Of a DNA stretch of 64,000 nt, positions 24,521 through 36,340 are shown piece after piece (the stretch's first letter is position 1; each line of letters begins with the position of its first letter). The stretch covers positions 201,626,001 through 201,690,000 of the forward strand of contig NC_058368.1 of NCBI RefSeq assembly GCF_018350175.1, given 5' to 3'. The notes beneath the pieces were generated by a model, which saw only the letters and a list, made by a program, of their open reading frames with translations, did not search any database and was not told the DNA's origin. This DNA is from Felis catus (Eukaryota). Both the position numbers and the translations under genes were made by a program.

Positions 24521-25779
24521 TTCACAATAATGTATAAGACCATTGCGGATAATGTTGACAATATAAGAACAGGAAGTGGCAGTTTTGTCTTGAGCTCACA
24601 GAGGAGTATGTTAGGGAGCTGATGTAGGAAGCTGTCTTCTATTTCTCAACAGGAATAGGCTTTGTGGATACCACCACAGGATGCTCCCAAAAATGCCAGT
24701 TGCTGCAGTGAGAAGTGTACTTTGGGACAAGACAGCAAAGGTGCAAGGAAGGAAGTGGCTAGAAATGAAGAGGACCGGAGTGGAGAAAAATTAACTGCCA
24801 CTCTCTCCAGCTGCTTGACCTTTGATCCCCTCCAGCCTACCAAAATGAGAAAGACCTTCCTTGACCAGGCAGAATGAAATTCAACTAGGGTTATGGTCAA
24901 GAACTTAGCCATGTGAGGCCAGTATAAACTGGACATTTTGAAAAATGGACGCTAGGGAAATTTATTTGTAAAAGTTGGAAACTCTTATCTGATGGAGGGC
25001 TATTCTTCAAAAATATATCATTAAGCACTGATAGATGTCAAATGCATAAGATAATGCAAAAAGTCAATAAGCTAAGTATTAAAACACTGATGCAGATATA
25101 TGGTATTATTATATAGCCAAAAATATTCTCCCTGATTTTTTCACTCATCGTTTAACTGAATACTTTCTCATGTAATTATTTCTTTTTTTTCCTTTGTCTT
25201 CAAAACACAAGCTTCCGAGTAACAAAAAGTCACAGTACACATTATCTGTCTTTCATGTTTTATGGTGTAATTATTTCCAGATTTTCTATTTGATAAGTGT
25301 GTTAAAAATCATGTCTAGTCTACCAAATTTTTCATTGTTTATGTTCATTTGTTCTGATTTTGACACATTTTACATTTTCTTACCTGAGGTGATACATTGT
25401 AGTCAAGAATTCTGTCAAGTTTTTGCTTTCTTTCTTTGTTCGGGATATGTACAAATTACTTGTATTCATTTTGGGCAACCTTTTTGCAAATTGTGGCCTG
25501 GTTTTTTTTATTCTTATTTTTAGAGTTACATAGTGATTTTTTTTTTCATGTTGGTATCTGTTCACACAAGCCATGCACATTGAGGCACTTGCTTCATGGC
25601 CCTATCAGTTGAATCTCTTTATCTTGAAATATATAAACCATGAAAAAGAATATCTTGTGTGTTAAAAAACGAAGTGCTAGAAAGTCACAAACATACAGAA
25701 AGCTACATGTTTTTTTCATCTCTGATGACTTTTCCATGTGTTATTTTCTTTTGTAGTTTAATGGAAGGGAGGAGACATG

Positions 25780-25975
25780 TAAGAGTCGGAAGGGCTCAGA
25801 TCTGACAGAATTCTGTCTCACTAATCATTGTAACTCCTTTAAACCTCTGACCCCTCATCTGCAAAATGGGGGCTATAATACCTACATTGCAGATAGGCTA
25901 CTTTGAAGGTCCGGGATAACGTAAAGTGTGACACCGTTGATGCTTAATAATTGTATTTAATAAAGCACTAATATT
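25780..25975 (+). mobile_element. MIR
   Basis: AACCTCTGACCCCTCATCTGCAAAATGGGGGCTATAATACCTAC core. Confidence 0.75.
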
Positions 25976-26028
25976 ACAGCAATCCTCATTTATATAGTTA
26001 CTCATCCATGAGTGTCCTATTGGTACAC

Positions 26029-26179
26029 TTTTTGTTTTCTTTCTTTCTTTATTTATTTTGAGAGAAGCAGATACAGCGCAGAGCCCAACACAGGACTCGA
26101 ATCCACAAAGCCATGAGATCATGACCTGAGCCGAAACCAAGAGTTGGACACTTAACCGAATGAGCCACCCAGGTGCCCC
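26029..26179 (-). mobile_element. CanSINE with an internal deletion of the CT-rich body
   Basis: Tail TTTATTTATTTTGAGAG joins almost directly to CAGCGCAGAGCCC. Head ends CAGGTGCCCC. No clear TSD. Confidence 0.9.
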
Positions 26180-26261
26180 TATTTTCATTTATTTCAAGAT
26201 GGAACCCAAATTCTAGGCAAGAACTTTAAAATTATATTTTCCTATATTTGGGAATAGATAG

Positions 26262-26695
26262 TGTATGTGTTTCTTAAGGCTACCATAACAAAACATCACA
26301 AACTGGGTGGGCGGCTTAAAACGACAGAAATACATTATCTCACCTAGAAGTCCAAAGTCAAAGTATCAGCAAAGCCACGTTCCCCCTGAAATCTGTAGGG
26401 GAGACTCCTTCTTTGCCTCCTCCTAACTTCTGGTGGTTGCTGGCCATCCTTGCTGTTCTTTGACTTACAGCTGCATCACCTCTATGGCTGCCTCTCTTAT
26501 CACATGGTGTTCTCCCCTTGTGTGCCAGTGTCTTTGTCTCTTCTCCTCTCATAAGGACACTGGTTGTATTGGGTTAAGGGCCCACCCACTTCAGTATGGC
26601 TTCATCTTAACTATAGCTACAACCTTACTTCAGAATAAGGTCGTATTCTGAGATATGAGGGGTTAGGATTTCAGTATATAATTCAATCTGTGATA
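26262..26695 (-). mobile_element. MaLR solo LTR (MLT1C-like)
   Basis: GGCT.CCATAACAAA...GGCTTAAAAC.ACAGAAAT...CTTCTGGTGGTTGCTGGC...AGGGCCCACCC...GGGGTTAGGA. Confidence 0.85.
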
Positions 26696-27662
26696 AACCC
26701 ATCATATTAAATATTTAATATTTACCCATCTCTTACTTCAAAAATGCTTCTCCACAAAGAATAAGGGTTCATAATAGACATACCCTTTGTCCCGTTTTTT
26801 CTGGAAAAATATTCCTCCCATAGGGGCATGTTCCTCTAAAGTCCTAATTCCAATTTAAGTCAAAATCACATTATGACTTTGCAATCTGTTGCCATTTCCA
26901 TTCTAATACAATGACCTCTCTCTAGTTGATTTTCTTGTAAGGTGTGTAGAAAATCACTTGACCCTTTCTGAACACTGTCAGTTCTTCATAATCAGTGCTA
27001 TTTCTCTGAGTTCATAACACAATGGTCAAAATCATGTTCACTGGTCAGGTGAGCCTCTCAGGTGTGAAGTCTCTTCAGCAATTGTTTCCTGTGTTCTATA
27101 TCCTCATCAAATTGTGACCTGTTTGAGGTCCTACTTTTTGTTTTTTTAATTAACCATTATAATATGAATTATATGAGATGTTATAATGAAAATTATATTA
27201 AGGAGGTTCAAAACCATACTTTTCAAATATTATTATTATTTTTATTTATTTCTATAGTTATATTTTATATCTTTGTTTTATTTCCATCTCCAGCTACCAT
27301 CCTCTCTTTCCTTCACTTTCCAACAAAATTCCTTGGAGAATTGTTTACGCTTAATGTCTGCAATTTTTCTTTCCCTCCACTCTTTTAAACTACTCTTTTC
27401 TAGGTTTTATCCCCATCAAATGACCTTATCCCATCTCATGGCATTAAGTATCATCTATATGCTAATGATACTCAACTGTTTCACGAGCCTAAATCTCTCA
27501 CCATATATTCTATCTTTACTTGAATATCCAAAGGCATCTCAAATTTAACACTCACAAAACCGAATAACTACACTTACTAGACCTGGGGAACGAAACCTTC
27601 GCTGCTATAATTTTCCCGATTTCTGTTAAATGGCAAACTCCTACTCTAACAGAACTAGCCCA

Positions 27663-27882
27663 GGGTTGCCTGGGTGGCGCAGTCGGTTAGGCGTCCGACT
27701 TCAGCCAGGTCACGATCTCGCGGTCCGTGAGTTCGAGCCCCGCGTCAGGCTCTGGGCTGATGGCTCAGAGCCTGGAGCCTGTTTCCGATTCTGTGTCTCC
27801 CTCTCTCTCTGCCCCTCCCCCGTTCATGCTCTGTCTCTCTCTGTCCCAAAAATAAATAAACGTTGAAAAAAAAAAAAAAAAA
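27663..27882 (+). mobile_element. Young CanSINE (GGCGCAG / TTCAGCCAGGT subtype)
   Basis: CpGs and B-box intact, pure A tail. TSD AACTAGCCCA at 27653-27662 and 27883-27892. Confidence 0.97.
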
Positions 27883-28149
27883 AACTAGCCCAAAACGTTG
27901 GGATAATTTTCTGACTCCTATGTTTCCCTCACACACCATAGCAAGATTGCCATGCTATCTTCTTGTCTCCAACTTCAAGATATACTTAGGTGTTTGCCAC
28001 CTCTCCACATTATCAAAGTCAACGTCATATCTGAACTCAATCATTGAGATAGCCTCTCAACTAGACTCCTTGCTTTTTTTCTTGCCATTCTGCAGGACAT
28101 TTTAAAAACAATAAAGTGATCCTGTTGAAACATAAGTGAAATCGCTTCA

Positions 28150-28353
28150 TTTTTGAGAGTGAGAAAGAGAAAGAGAGGGAGGGAGAGAGAGAGAGAAGGA
28201 ACGAGAGCAAGGAAGGGGCAGAGGGAGAGGGGGGCAGAGAATCAGAAGCAGGCTCTGTGCTGAGAGCAGACAGCCCAGAGTTCCGTGGCTGGAATTCACC
28301 GACTGTGAGATCATGACCTGGGCCAAAAACAGACTGAGCCACGCAGGCGCCCC
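28150..28353 (-). mobile_element. Older CanSINE lacking its A tail
   Basis: Antisense body with a GA tract, ending CAGGCGCCCC. No tail or TSD seen. Confidence 0.88.
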
Positions 28354-30164
28354 ATTTCCAATCCATTACAACGATCATTGATTCCTCATTGCCCTTCCAA
28401 CCTCATCTCTTCTTCACTCCAGCTTGTCCTGTCCACAACCACAGGGACCTCTTTGCTATTCCTGGAACACTGTGGACACAATCCTACTTCAGGGCCTTTG
28501 CATTTCTATCGCCTTTGCCTAGGATTCTCCTTGCCCAGCTATCAGATACTCCCCAGATATAGCTCCGCCTACTTCCGTCAGCGGTCTACTAAAACTTCAT
28601 GATCTCAGTTAATTTACACTGGCACCCTATCTAAAAGTTCACACATACCCTCCCTTAACATTTCATATGCCTAATTTGGTTTTATTTAGATTTCCTCTTA
28701 GCAATTACCACGGTCTAACATATTATACATTTTACTTATTTATCTTTCATATTTCTGTCTTTATCAGCTAAATTATAAGGTCCATGAGTGATATTTTTTC
28801 TATTCATAATGTCTGGAACATAATGGTGCTCAAAAATTGTTTTGAAGGGTCTAGTTAATTCGCCAGCACATCCCCAGAATTTAGAACAGAGCCTGATACA
28901 TAGTAGATGCTCAGTAAATATGTTTGAATGAATGAATCCTAAAATACCTATTGTATTGTCTTATACTTCGTATTAGCTTGATAAATGTTTGTTAAATCAT
29001 TAAATGTACATTTTTAAGGTTTTCAAAAATAATTTTTATTTTTTTATTAAATAATAATTGTTTCCTTTAAAAGTTGTCTGAATATTTTTGAAAATTATGT
29101 TAGGTGGTTTTTCTCTCTATTATTCTGATTTGTCTCCAAAATTAGAATGATGCTGTTTCTTTTGCTAATCAATCAATACATTGAGTATTTAACTACTGAA
29201 GAAAATGATTACAAGAGCTAAAAATTTTTTTCTATTAAAATCACTTGGAGAGAGCAACATCATTATGTGACATTAAAAGGGGGGGGGGGGAAACTACTTT
29301 AGCTTAAAAAAAAAATCAGAGGTTCTAGGGCCATCATCTAAAACCAGATAAATGAGATTTCAACCTGTAGAATGTCCCTGAAATAACATCTCAATTTCTC
29401 AGCAACATTCACTTTTAGACTTTTAATGGTATTTCAGACATAAATTTATAGCTGACTGAAAACCATGCAATGACAAAAACTAAGATTAAATTAATAAAAT
29501 GAGTAATTATAGATTTTTCCTCCTTATTTAGAAATCCTACTTATACAGAATAGTGAGTACCTCAGAACATTCATCCTCTATTTCACTGTATTTTTTATTA
29601 TAGGAACAATAAAAAGTGAAATAAGCATTGATTGGATCTGTCATTCCCCATACAGAGCATGAATGTACAATCTATCCCATTCCTGAAATGCCTACTCTGG
29701 AGATACATTGCTCTCAACATTTAGCAAATCAAATCCACTCACTCCACTAAAATAAGTTTACTTCGAGATGGTACATAGACAAGATTCATATAATCTATGA
29801 TTACTAGATGCCACTGACTGTCTATCTTGAGAATTTAGTGCCATTACTGATTTTTATTTAATCCCAGTGTTCTAGTGATCTCATTTTACAAACGTTTTCT
29901 GCACAAAAAAGAGGAATAACACAAAACACATTCTATAGTCTAGTCACAGAAGTATCTCTTTTGTTGTGTTTTATATGCAAATCAGGGAACAGCGATGACC
30001 TAGAAAAGGGGAAAATGTATTCTAAAACGCGACATGAAGAATGTGAAAATGGAGCCGGCTGAGTTTCTCAAGACACAGAGATGTTTTTCCAGTCACAAAG
30101 TTAATACCGGGTCATTGTTTAAAAAACGAAAAGAACGATATAGATTTATGCATTTGAAAAAATT

Positions 30165-30325
30165 AAAATTCTCCTTCTCAGCCCCTGCAGGCATTCCCAT
30201 TTCTACCATTCAGCTTCCTTCTCCAGAGCTAACTATTGTATATAGTTTATTCTATACCTTTCTAGAATTTTCTCTCTGTATATATTTATATATTTCTTCA
30301 TAAATGACTTCATGCTATTTTGCAT
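30165..30325 (-). mobile_element. Possible very old L1ME 3' fragment
   Basis: CCTTCTCCAGAGCTAACTATTG...TATACCTTTCTAGAA resembles antisense L1ME 3'UTR. Confidence 0.45.
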
Positions 30326-31149
30326 GAAAGCTATTCCCAAACAGTTCTTAAACCAAAAAAGAAAATGTTTTGGCAGACCTCAGGAACCAAGTCAGCCAAA
30401 TAATTAAACAACTTATATACCATATCAATCACTTTTCAAAAGAAGGCAGCAGTAAAATACGAACAATGTTAGCTGACAGCATTAAATTGTCAAAAATGAC
30501 ATTTATTTTTTACTGCATAAACAAAAATTTTCAAATCTGCATGTTGAAGCATTGCATAGACCAAGTTAATGCCACAAGAATCCATTCTAAGGGCTCATTA
30601 CTTCAGTAACACAGGGCATCGTTCGGCAATGAACCTTTACAACACATCAAGAACTCCGGCTGCCCTGACAATCTGGGGGCATCAGGAGTCAAAATGACCT
30701 AGTTTTGTCACTTATCAAGCAAAATATCCACATAATGTTGTAAGATACATATATGATAGAATACACAAAAAGTATTTCAAGGTAATTGATATGGATTTCC
30801 AAAATCAGATTGGTCTTACAGGTTGGTAATTCGATGTAATAGGCAAAAGGGCACAGGTGATCCTGCCCAATTGTTAATTTTATCCATCAATGATAACCCC
30901 ATTTCCTTTATCTCCTCTAATACATATACACTTGCCCATGTGTGAGATTCTCTTTCAATTAAAAAAAAATTGCACATTTTGGTAAGGATGAGGGCTTCTT
31001 CCCATTTCAAGGTTACATGTAGGACTTCTCACTAGTTATGCTCGAACTTCAGAGACGGCATGCAAATAAATCCTACTTTCCTGGACAATGCTCTGACCAC
31101 TTTGATTGGAGTTTGGCATTCCAAGATAAGTACAACTTCTATTTCTTGA

Positions 31150-31335
31150 GCTTACCAGAACTTCTCATGTAATTTAACAGTCTCAAAAGATAAATATTAT
31201 TATCAATCTTATTTTAGAAATGATAAAACTGAAGCTTACAGATGATGAATAACTTTCTCAAAGCAAAACAACAAATAAGTGGAAAAACTGAGACTCAAAA
31301 CCAGGTCTTTCTCCTGAAGTCCATTCTTCCACTAG
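31150..31335 (-). mobile_element. MIR
   Basis: TATTATTATC...ATTTTAGAAATGATAAAACTGAAGCTT...ATAAGTGG...GACTCAAAACCAGGTC. Confidence 0.7.
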
Positions 31336-31771
31336 AGTATTCTTCTAATATGTAACTACAATATTCTGCTTCCAAAACTGCTCAACTACCCATTTATAGA
31401 TATTCACTTGAATTATTTTTAGATGATTCATTCATTTTGAATGAACCATTCATTAATACCAACTTTCCTAAATATCTCCTAAATTATATTGATTTCAATA
31501 ACTTTGTTCATGTTTCCTACATACTGACCATATGTACCAATGTAGAACCAGTTAAAAATTTTCCAGGAGTATATAAATGATCTGTACAGAGGCAGAAAAG
31601 AGTTCACATGCTGTGTGCTTGGCATAGACCTCACCCTATTTCTGATTAGTCCTACCCAAGTACAGGTTGTATATGGAAGCAAGGGTTAGGAAAATGAGAC
31701 TTTCCAAAGCGCCAGGTCTATAGAGGTCTAAAGCTTTCATTGGTAGCTGCTAAAAACTGTCATGTATTATA

Positions 31772-32200
31772 TAGGTATCTCCACCAAAGAAATGAAAACA
31801 TATGTTCACACAGAAACAAGGACAAAAATGTTCATAGCAGCAATATTTATAACAGCCCAAAAGCGGAAATAACCCAAGTGTCCATCAATTGATTACCTAA
31901 GTGGCTTTTCATACCATAGAATACCATTCTGTCATAAAAGGAAATAAAGTACTGATACATGCTAGAGTGCTGACTTTCTCTCTTGTGAAAGAAGCCAATC
32001 AGAAAAGATCACATATTTTATGACATAATTTCTATGAAATGTCCAGAATAGACAAATTTATAGAGACAGAAAGTAGATTGGTAGTTGCCTACGTCTGGGA
32101 AGAGTGATGGCCAGTGGGTACAAGATTTCTTATGGGGGTAATAAAAATGTTCTAATATTAGATTATGGTGATGGCTGCATAACTCTGCAAGTATATTAAT
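31772..32200 (+). mobile_element. Old L1 (L1MB-like) 3' fragment
   Basis: AGAAATGAAAACATATGTTCACACA...TGAAATGTCCAGAATAG...ATAGAGACAGAAAGTAGATT. Confidence 0.85.
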
Positions 32201-32992
32201 AAGCTTAATTTTGAGTTATGTATTTTGAGTTGCATATTTTGCTGTTACTCTTACAGGGCCATCAGCAGTGTGCTGGAAGCTAAAGACGAGATTTGTCAGG
32301 GAAGCCACGAGAAGGTTTTTCCTTGCACAATCAACGTTCAGTGCATTCTTGAATAATCATTGAATGATCTACAAGCTAATTGGACTCCTCGTGGGCTTCT
32401 GAATATGAGGAAAGATGGTGTTGGATGTGGTAACAGTCAGGCAGCCTCCTAGAGCTGGATGGGGGAGGTTTGGTTCTGTTAATTTATTATTCCTCTATGA
32501 TACAAACTTCAGACTTTTGGTACTCAAAATATGCAGGTTCATTTACTTCAAAGCTATAGATTCTGTTGTACTTGTCACAAGTTTATTTTGAGACTCACAG
32601 TGAGCAATTACTCAGCAGTTTTGCAATATCAACTATACCCTGAGGGCAGGGCATATAGAAAAGGCCTGGTTGATGCCTGAATGGTAATAGAATGTTCGGG
32701 GGGTGGGGGTGGGGGAGAATAAAAGTGTAGATTGAAGTTATCCTTTTGGAACAAAAAAGTATGACTGCTAAGACTGACTTCATAGATAAAGTTTGCTAAT
32801 CAGTGAACAAATGACTTCCAGGACTTTTTTTAAATTGTGTCATGGAGCATGGATGCAGCCTGATTTTATGAGTGGTGATGACAGAATCTTGGCTATAGCT
32901 CTTATATGGTATCAGAAAAAAAAAGACATTGAATAGACTTCTTAGGATAAGAATTCATTTTATTTTTTATTCATAACTTTAGAATCCTTTTT

Positions 32993-33798
32993 TATTTTTA
33001 TTTTTTTAATATCATTTATTTTCAAGGTAGCTAACATGCAGTGTATACAGTGTGCTCTTGGCTTTGAGAGTAGATTCCCATGATTCATCACTTACATACA
33101 ACACCCAGTGCTCATCCCAACAAGTGCCTCCCCCTCAATGCCCATCACCCATTTTCCTCTCCCCCCGGAACCCACCCCATCAACCCTCAGTTTGTTCTCT
33201 TTATTTAAGAGTCTCTTAGGTTTGCCTCCCTCCCTCTGTTTGTAACTATTTTTTTTCCCATTCCCATTCCCTTTCCACATGGTTTTCTGTTAAGTTTCTC
33301 AAATTCCACATATGAGTGAAACATATGATATCTGTCTTTCTCTGTCTGACTTATTTCCCTTAGCATAACACCCTCCAGTTCCATCCACGTTGCTGCAAAT
33401 GGTGTGATGTCATTCTTTCTCATTTCCAAGTAGTATTCCATTGTATATATATAAACCACGTCTTCTTTATCCATTCATCAGTTGGTGGACATTTAGGCTC
33501 CTTCCATAATTTGGCTATTGTTGATAGCACTGCTATAAACATCGGAGTACATGTGCCCCTATGAATCAGCACTGCTGTATTCTTTGGATAAATTCCTAGT
33601 AGTGCTATTGCTGGGTCAGAGGGTAATTCTACTTTTAATTTTTTGAGGAACCTCCCCACACTGTTTTCCAGAGTGGCTGCACTAGTTTGCATTCCCACCA
33701 ACAGTGCAAGAGGGTTCCCCTTTCTCCACATCCTTTACAACATCTGTTGTTTCGTGAGTTGTTAATTTTAGCCGTTCTGACCAGTGTGAGGTGGTATC
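32993..33798 (-). mobile_element. Carnivore L1, 3' segment (ORF2 C-terminus plus 3'UTR) of a 5'-inverted insertion
   Basis: ORF-track peptides PSDPAIALLGIYPK...CTPMFIA and VVYIYTMEYY...FAATWMELEGVML match the L1 ORF2 C-terminus. T-rich tail at left. Confidence 0.95.
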
Positions 33799-34130
33799 AC
33801 GAATAGCCAAAGTAATGTTGAAAAGGAAAATCAAAGGGGGAGGCATCACAATCCTGGACTTTAGCTTCTAACTACAAAGCTGTAATCATTGCAATAGTAT
33901 GGTATTGGCACAAAAACAGGCACATAGACCAATGGAATAGAATAGAGAACCCAGAACTGCACCCACAAATGTATGGCCAACTAACCTTTGACAAAGCAGG
34001 AAAAAGCATCCAATGGAAAAAAGATAAGTCTCTTTAGCAAATGGTGCTGGGAGCACTGGACAGCAACATGCAGAAGAATGAAACAGGACCACTTTCTCAC
34101 GCAAAATATACACAAAAATAAACTCGAAAC
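33799..34130 (+). mobile_element. Inverted 5' segment of the same L1 (ORF2 internal, frameshifted)
   Basis: Encodes RIAK...[21 protein letters not shown] and [18 protein letters not shown]. Followed by TSD-like AGAATCCATTTT at 34131-34142. Confidence 0.93.
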
Positions 34131-34779
34131 AGAATCCATTTTAAAAGTGGGATTTAATGATACTGCAGGAAATAGAAATTCTCCTTTGGTTTCTCTTCCC
34201 ATTGCTATTCCATAAACCTTCCAGTACTTTTATTCATCTGTTCATCCATTAGATTTTGAGCTCCTGGTGAGTAGCAATCCTGCCTTTTAGAGCCTGAATA
34301 ATTATCACAGATGTTTAGACAGTATTCAGAAGACAGGGGCTGCTATTAAAGGTACTGCCTTGTTAATTGATTAACCCAGGTCATAGAACAACTATAACAA
34401 CAAACACTAAGCTCTGAATGAGCTCTTGTATTTGCTTACTTATTGCAAAAACTTCCTTTGGAGTTATTTGTAATTCAAATTTAAGCCAGAATACTAAAGA
34501 CAAAAAACACACAAAAGAAAAAGAATAGCTCTAAAGTCTTAGAAGATTACGCTGTTAAATAAAAATGTTCTCATTTTCCATAGGACAAATAGTCACATTA
34601 AGTAATAAAAGCACAGCAGCAATGAGTGACTAAATAGTTCACTCCTTCTCTGGATCTTTCCCTTGGTATTTAAATCTTTCCTGTTTTCAAGCAAACAAGG
34701 AACAAACGAACAAAGTCTCTTTGACCTCCTTTCTCCTCTCTCCATCCTCCTTTTCACAAACTTTCCAAAGTGCTGTTTG

Positions 34780-35660
34780 TATTCCACCATTTCTGTTACC
34801 CCACAGCCCTCATCATCTCACACAAGCAGTTCTTGGTAGACCTTCAGAGTATAACTGATGTCTTCAGACCCGCTGTCATTTGACATCTCAGTTTTTATTT
34901 ATACTGTAGACCATTCCCTCCTCTTGAAAACTCTTTTTTTCAGAATATTCTTTTCTTGGGCTCATGACACACTTTCTTACTTCCTGTATCTTTGGCTACT
35001 AAGTCTTCTTTGCAATATTATCTTGCAGAAACAACATGTTGAAAAACCTGATACCATTGACAGTCCCATACATGCCCATGGCTTCAATTGCCTTTGGTAG
35101 GTCAACGAGTCTTTCTCTGTGTAGACCTACTTTTTTAGTTTCAAATCAGTACATGCAACACTCCACCCAATATCTCCATGTGGTTGCCTCCAAATATTTT
35201 CTTAAATATTTTTCAGATTTCTTCCTTCTGGCCTTCACGACTGATACTCAACGGTATACTGCCCACTTCTTTCTCCAGGGGTGCAACGTTGCATTCCTGA
35301 CTGGTTTCCGCATCCACCATTGCCCTCTCCACACCCAGCCTCCAAATTGCACCTGGATCATCTTTCCATAAAAGCAGATCAGATCATGTAGTCATCCTTC
35401 TCTCTTCTCCACCCTACAACACACATTTAAAACTTCCTAAGGCCTCAAGTTCTTAAGAAAAAGATCAGACACCTATAGGACCTGATTATCCCAATCCATT
35501 TGCTGTCTGAATAGCTATAGCCCAGCCAAAGGCATTCTTTCGGTTTCTGAATGTTCCACATTCCCTTCCACCACCAGGCTTTTGAGCAGGCTACTTTTTC
35601 CATCAGCAATGTTCTCCTTTCCTCTTATCTCCTTGGTAGACTCTGACTCTTCTGTGTACC
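34780..35660 (+). mobile_element. Degenerate L2
   Basis: GACCATTCCCTCCTCTTGAAAACTCT, CCCATGGCTTCAATTGCC and AGATCAGATCATGT motifs. Confidence 0.6.
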
Positions 35661-35684
35661 ACTTCCTCAAGGGAGTATTTCATG

Positions 35685-35949
35685 ACCTCTGCTGGGTAAC
35701 AAATTACTGTGATACAGAGTCTTACAACAACACAAATTTATTACCTCACAGATCCTATGGGTCAAGATCACAGATCTGGGTACAAGTTGGCTGAGTCCTC
35801 TGCTTAGGGTTTCACCAGACCGAAACCAAAGTGTTGATGTATACAGCCTCACTGAAGGCTCAAGATCCTATTCCAAGCTGAGTCACATTGTTGGCAGAAT
35901 TAATCTCCTTGTGGTTGTAAAGGTGAGGTGCTCTTTTTCTTGCTGGCTA
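35685..35949 (-). mobile_element. Truncated MaLR LTR (MLT1E-like)
   Basis: GTAACAAATTAC...ACAACACAAATTTATTA.CTCACAG...GTTGGCAGAATT...TTTCTTGCTGGCT. Confidence 0.75.
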
Positions 35950-36340
35950 TCATCAACAAGTGAATGGATACACAAATCATGGTATATTCATACAGTTGAA
36001 TACCAACTTCTCTTCAGCAATAAAAGCAATGAATGGTTAGTATACACATTATATGGGTAAAACTCAAATTAACTATTCTGAGTGAAAAAAGCCCGATGAA
36101 AAAAACAATACATGCTGCATGATTCTATTTATATAAATATCTAGAAAACGCAATCTATCATGACAGAAAGCAGATTGGTGGTGCCTGGGAATAGAGCAGG
36201 TAGAAGTGGGAAGGGGAGTTACAGATAGGCATGAGAAAACTTTTAGGGAGTAATGGATGGGTTCATGATCAACTGTAAGCTTTAAGCAAGTACAGTTTAT
36301 TATGTGTCAATTATTCCTCAATAAAGTTATAAAAAAAAAG
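35950..36340 (+). mobile_element. Old L1 (L1MC/ME-like) 3' fragment
   Basis: CATCAACAAGTGAATGGATA...TGGTATATTCATACA...TGTCAATTATTCCTCAATAAAG plus A tail. Confidence 0.85.

Larger units (their letters stand above)
27290..28937 (+). mobile_element. Degenerate L2 (with stacked L2 3' ends) interrupted by two SINEs
   Basis: TATCATCTATATGCTAATGA, GGCATCTCAAATTTAACA, CAGGGCCTTTGCA and terminal CATAGTAGATGCTCAGTAAATATGTTTGAATGAATGAA. Confidence 0.75.

Noticed and set aside
27630..27939. ORFs such as ...VREFEPRVRLWADGSEPGACFRFCVSLSLCPSP
   Set aside because: Standard translation of the feline SINE consensus; similar peptides recur at other SINE copies.
33205..34215. ORFs with real protein similarity
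   Set aside because: Frameshifted fragments of L1 ORF2 in a truncated, inverted copy; neither a host gene nor an active element.
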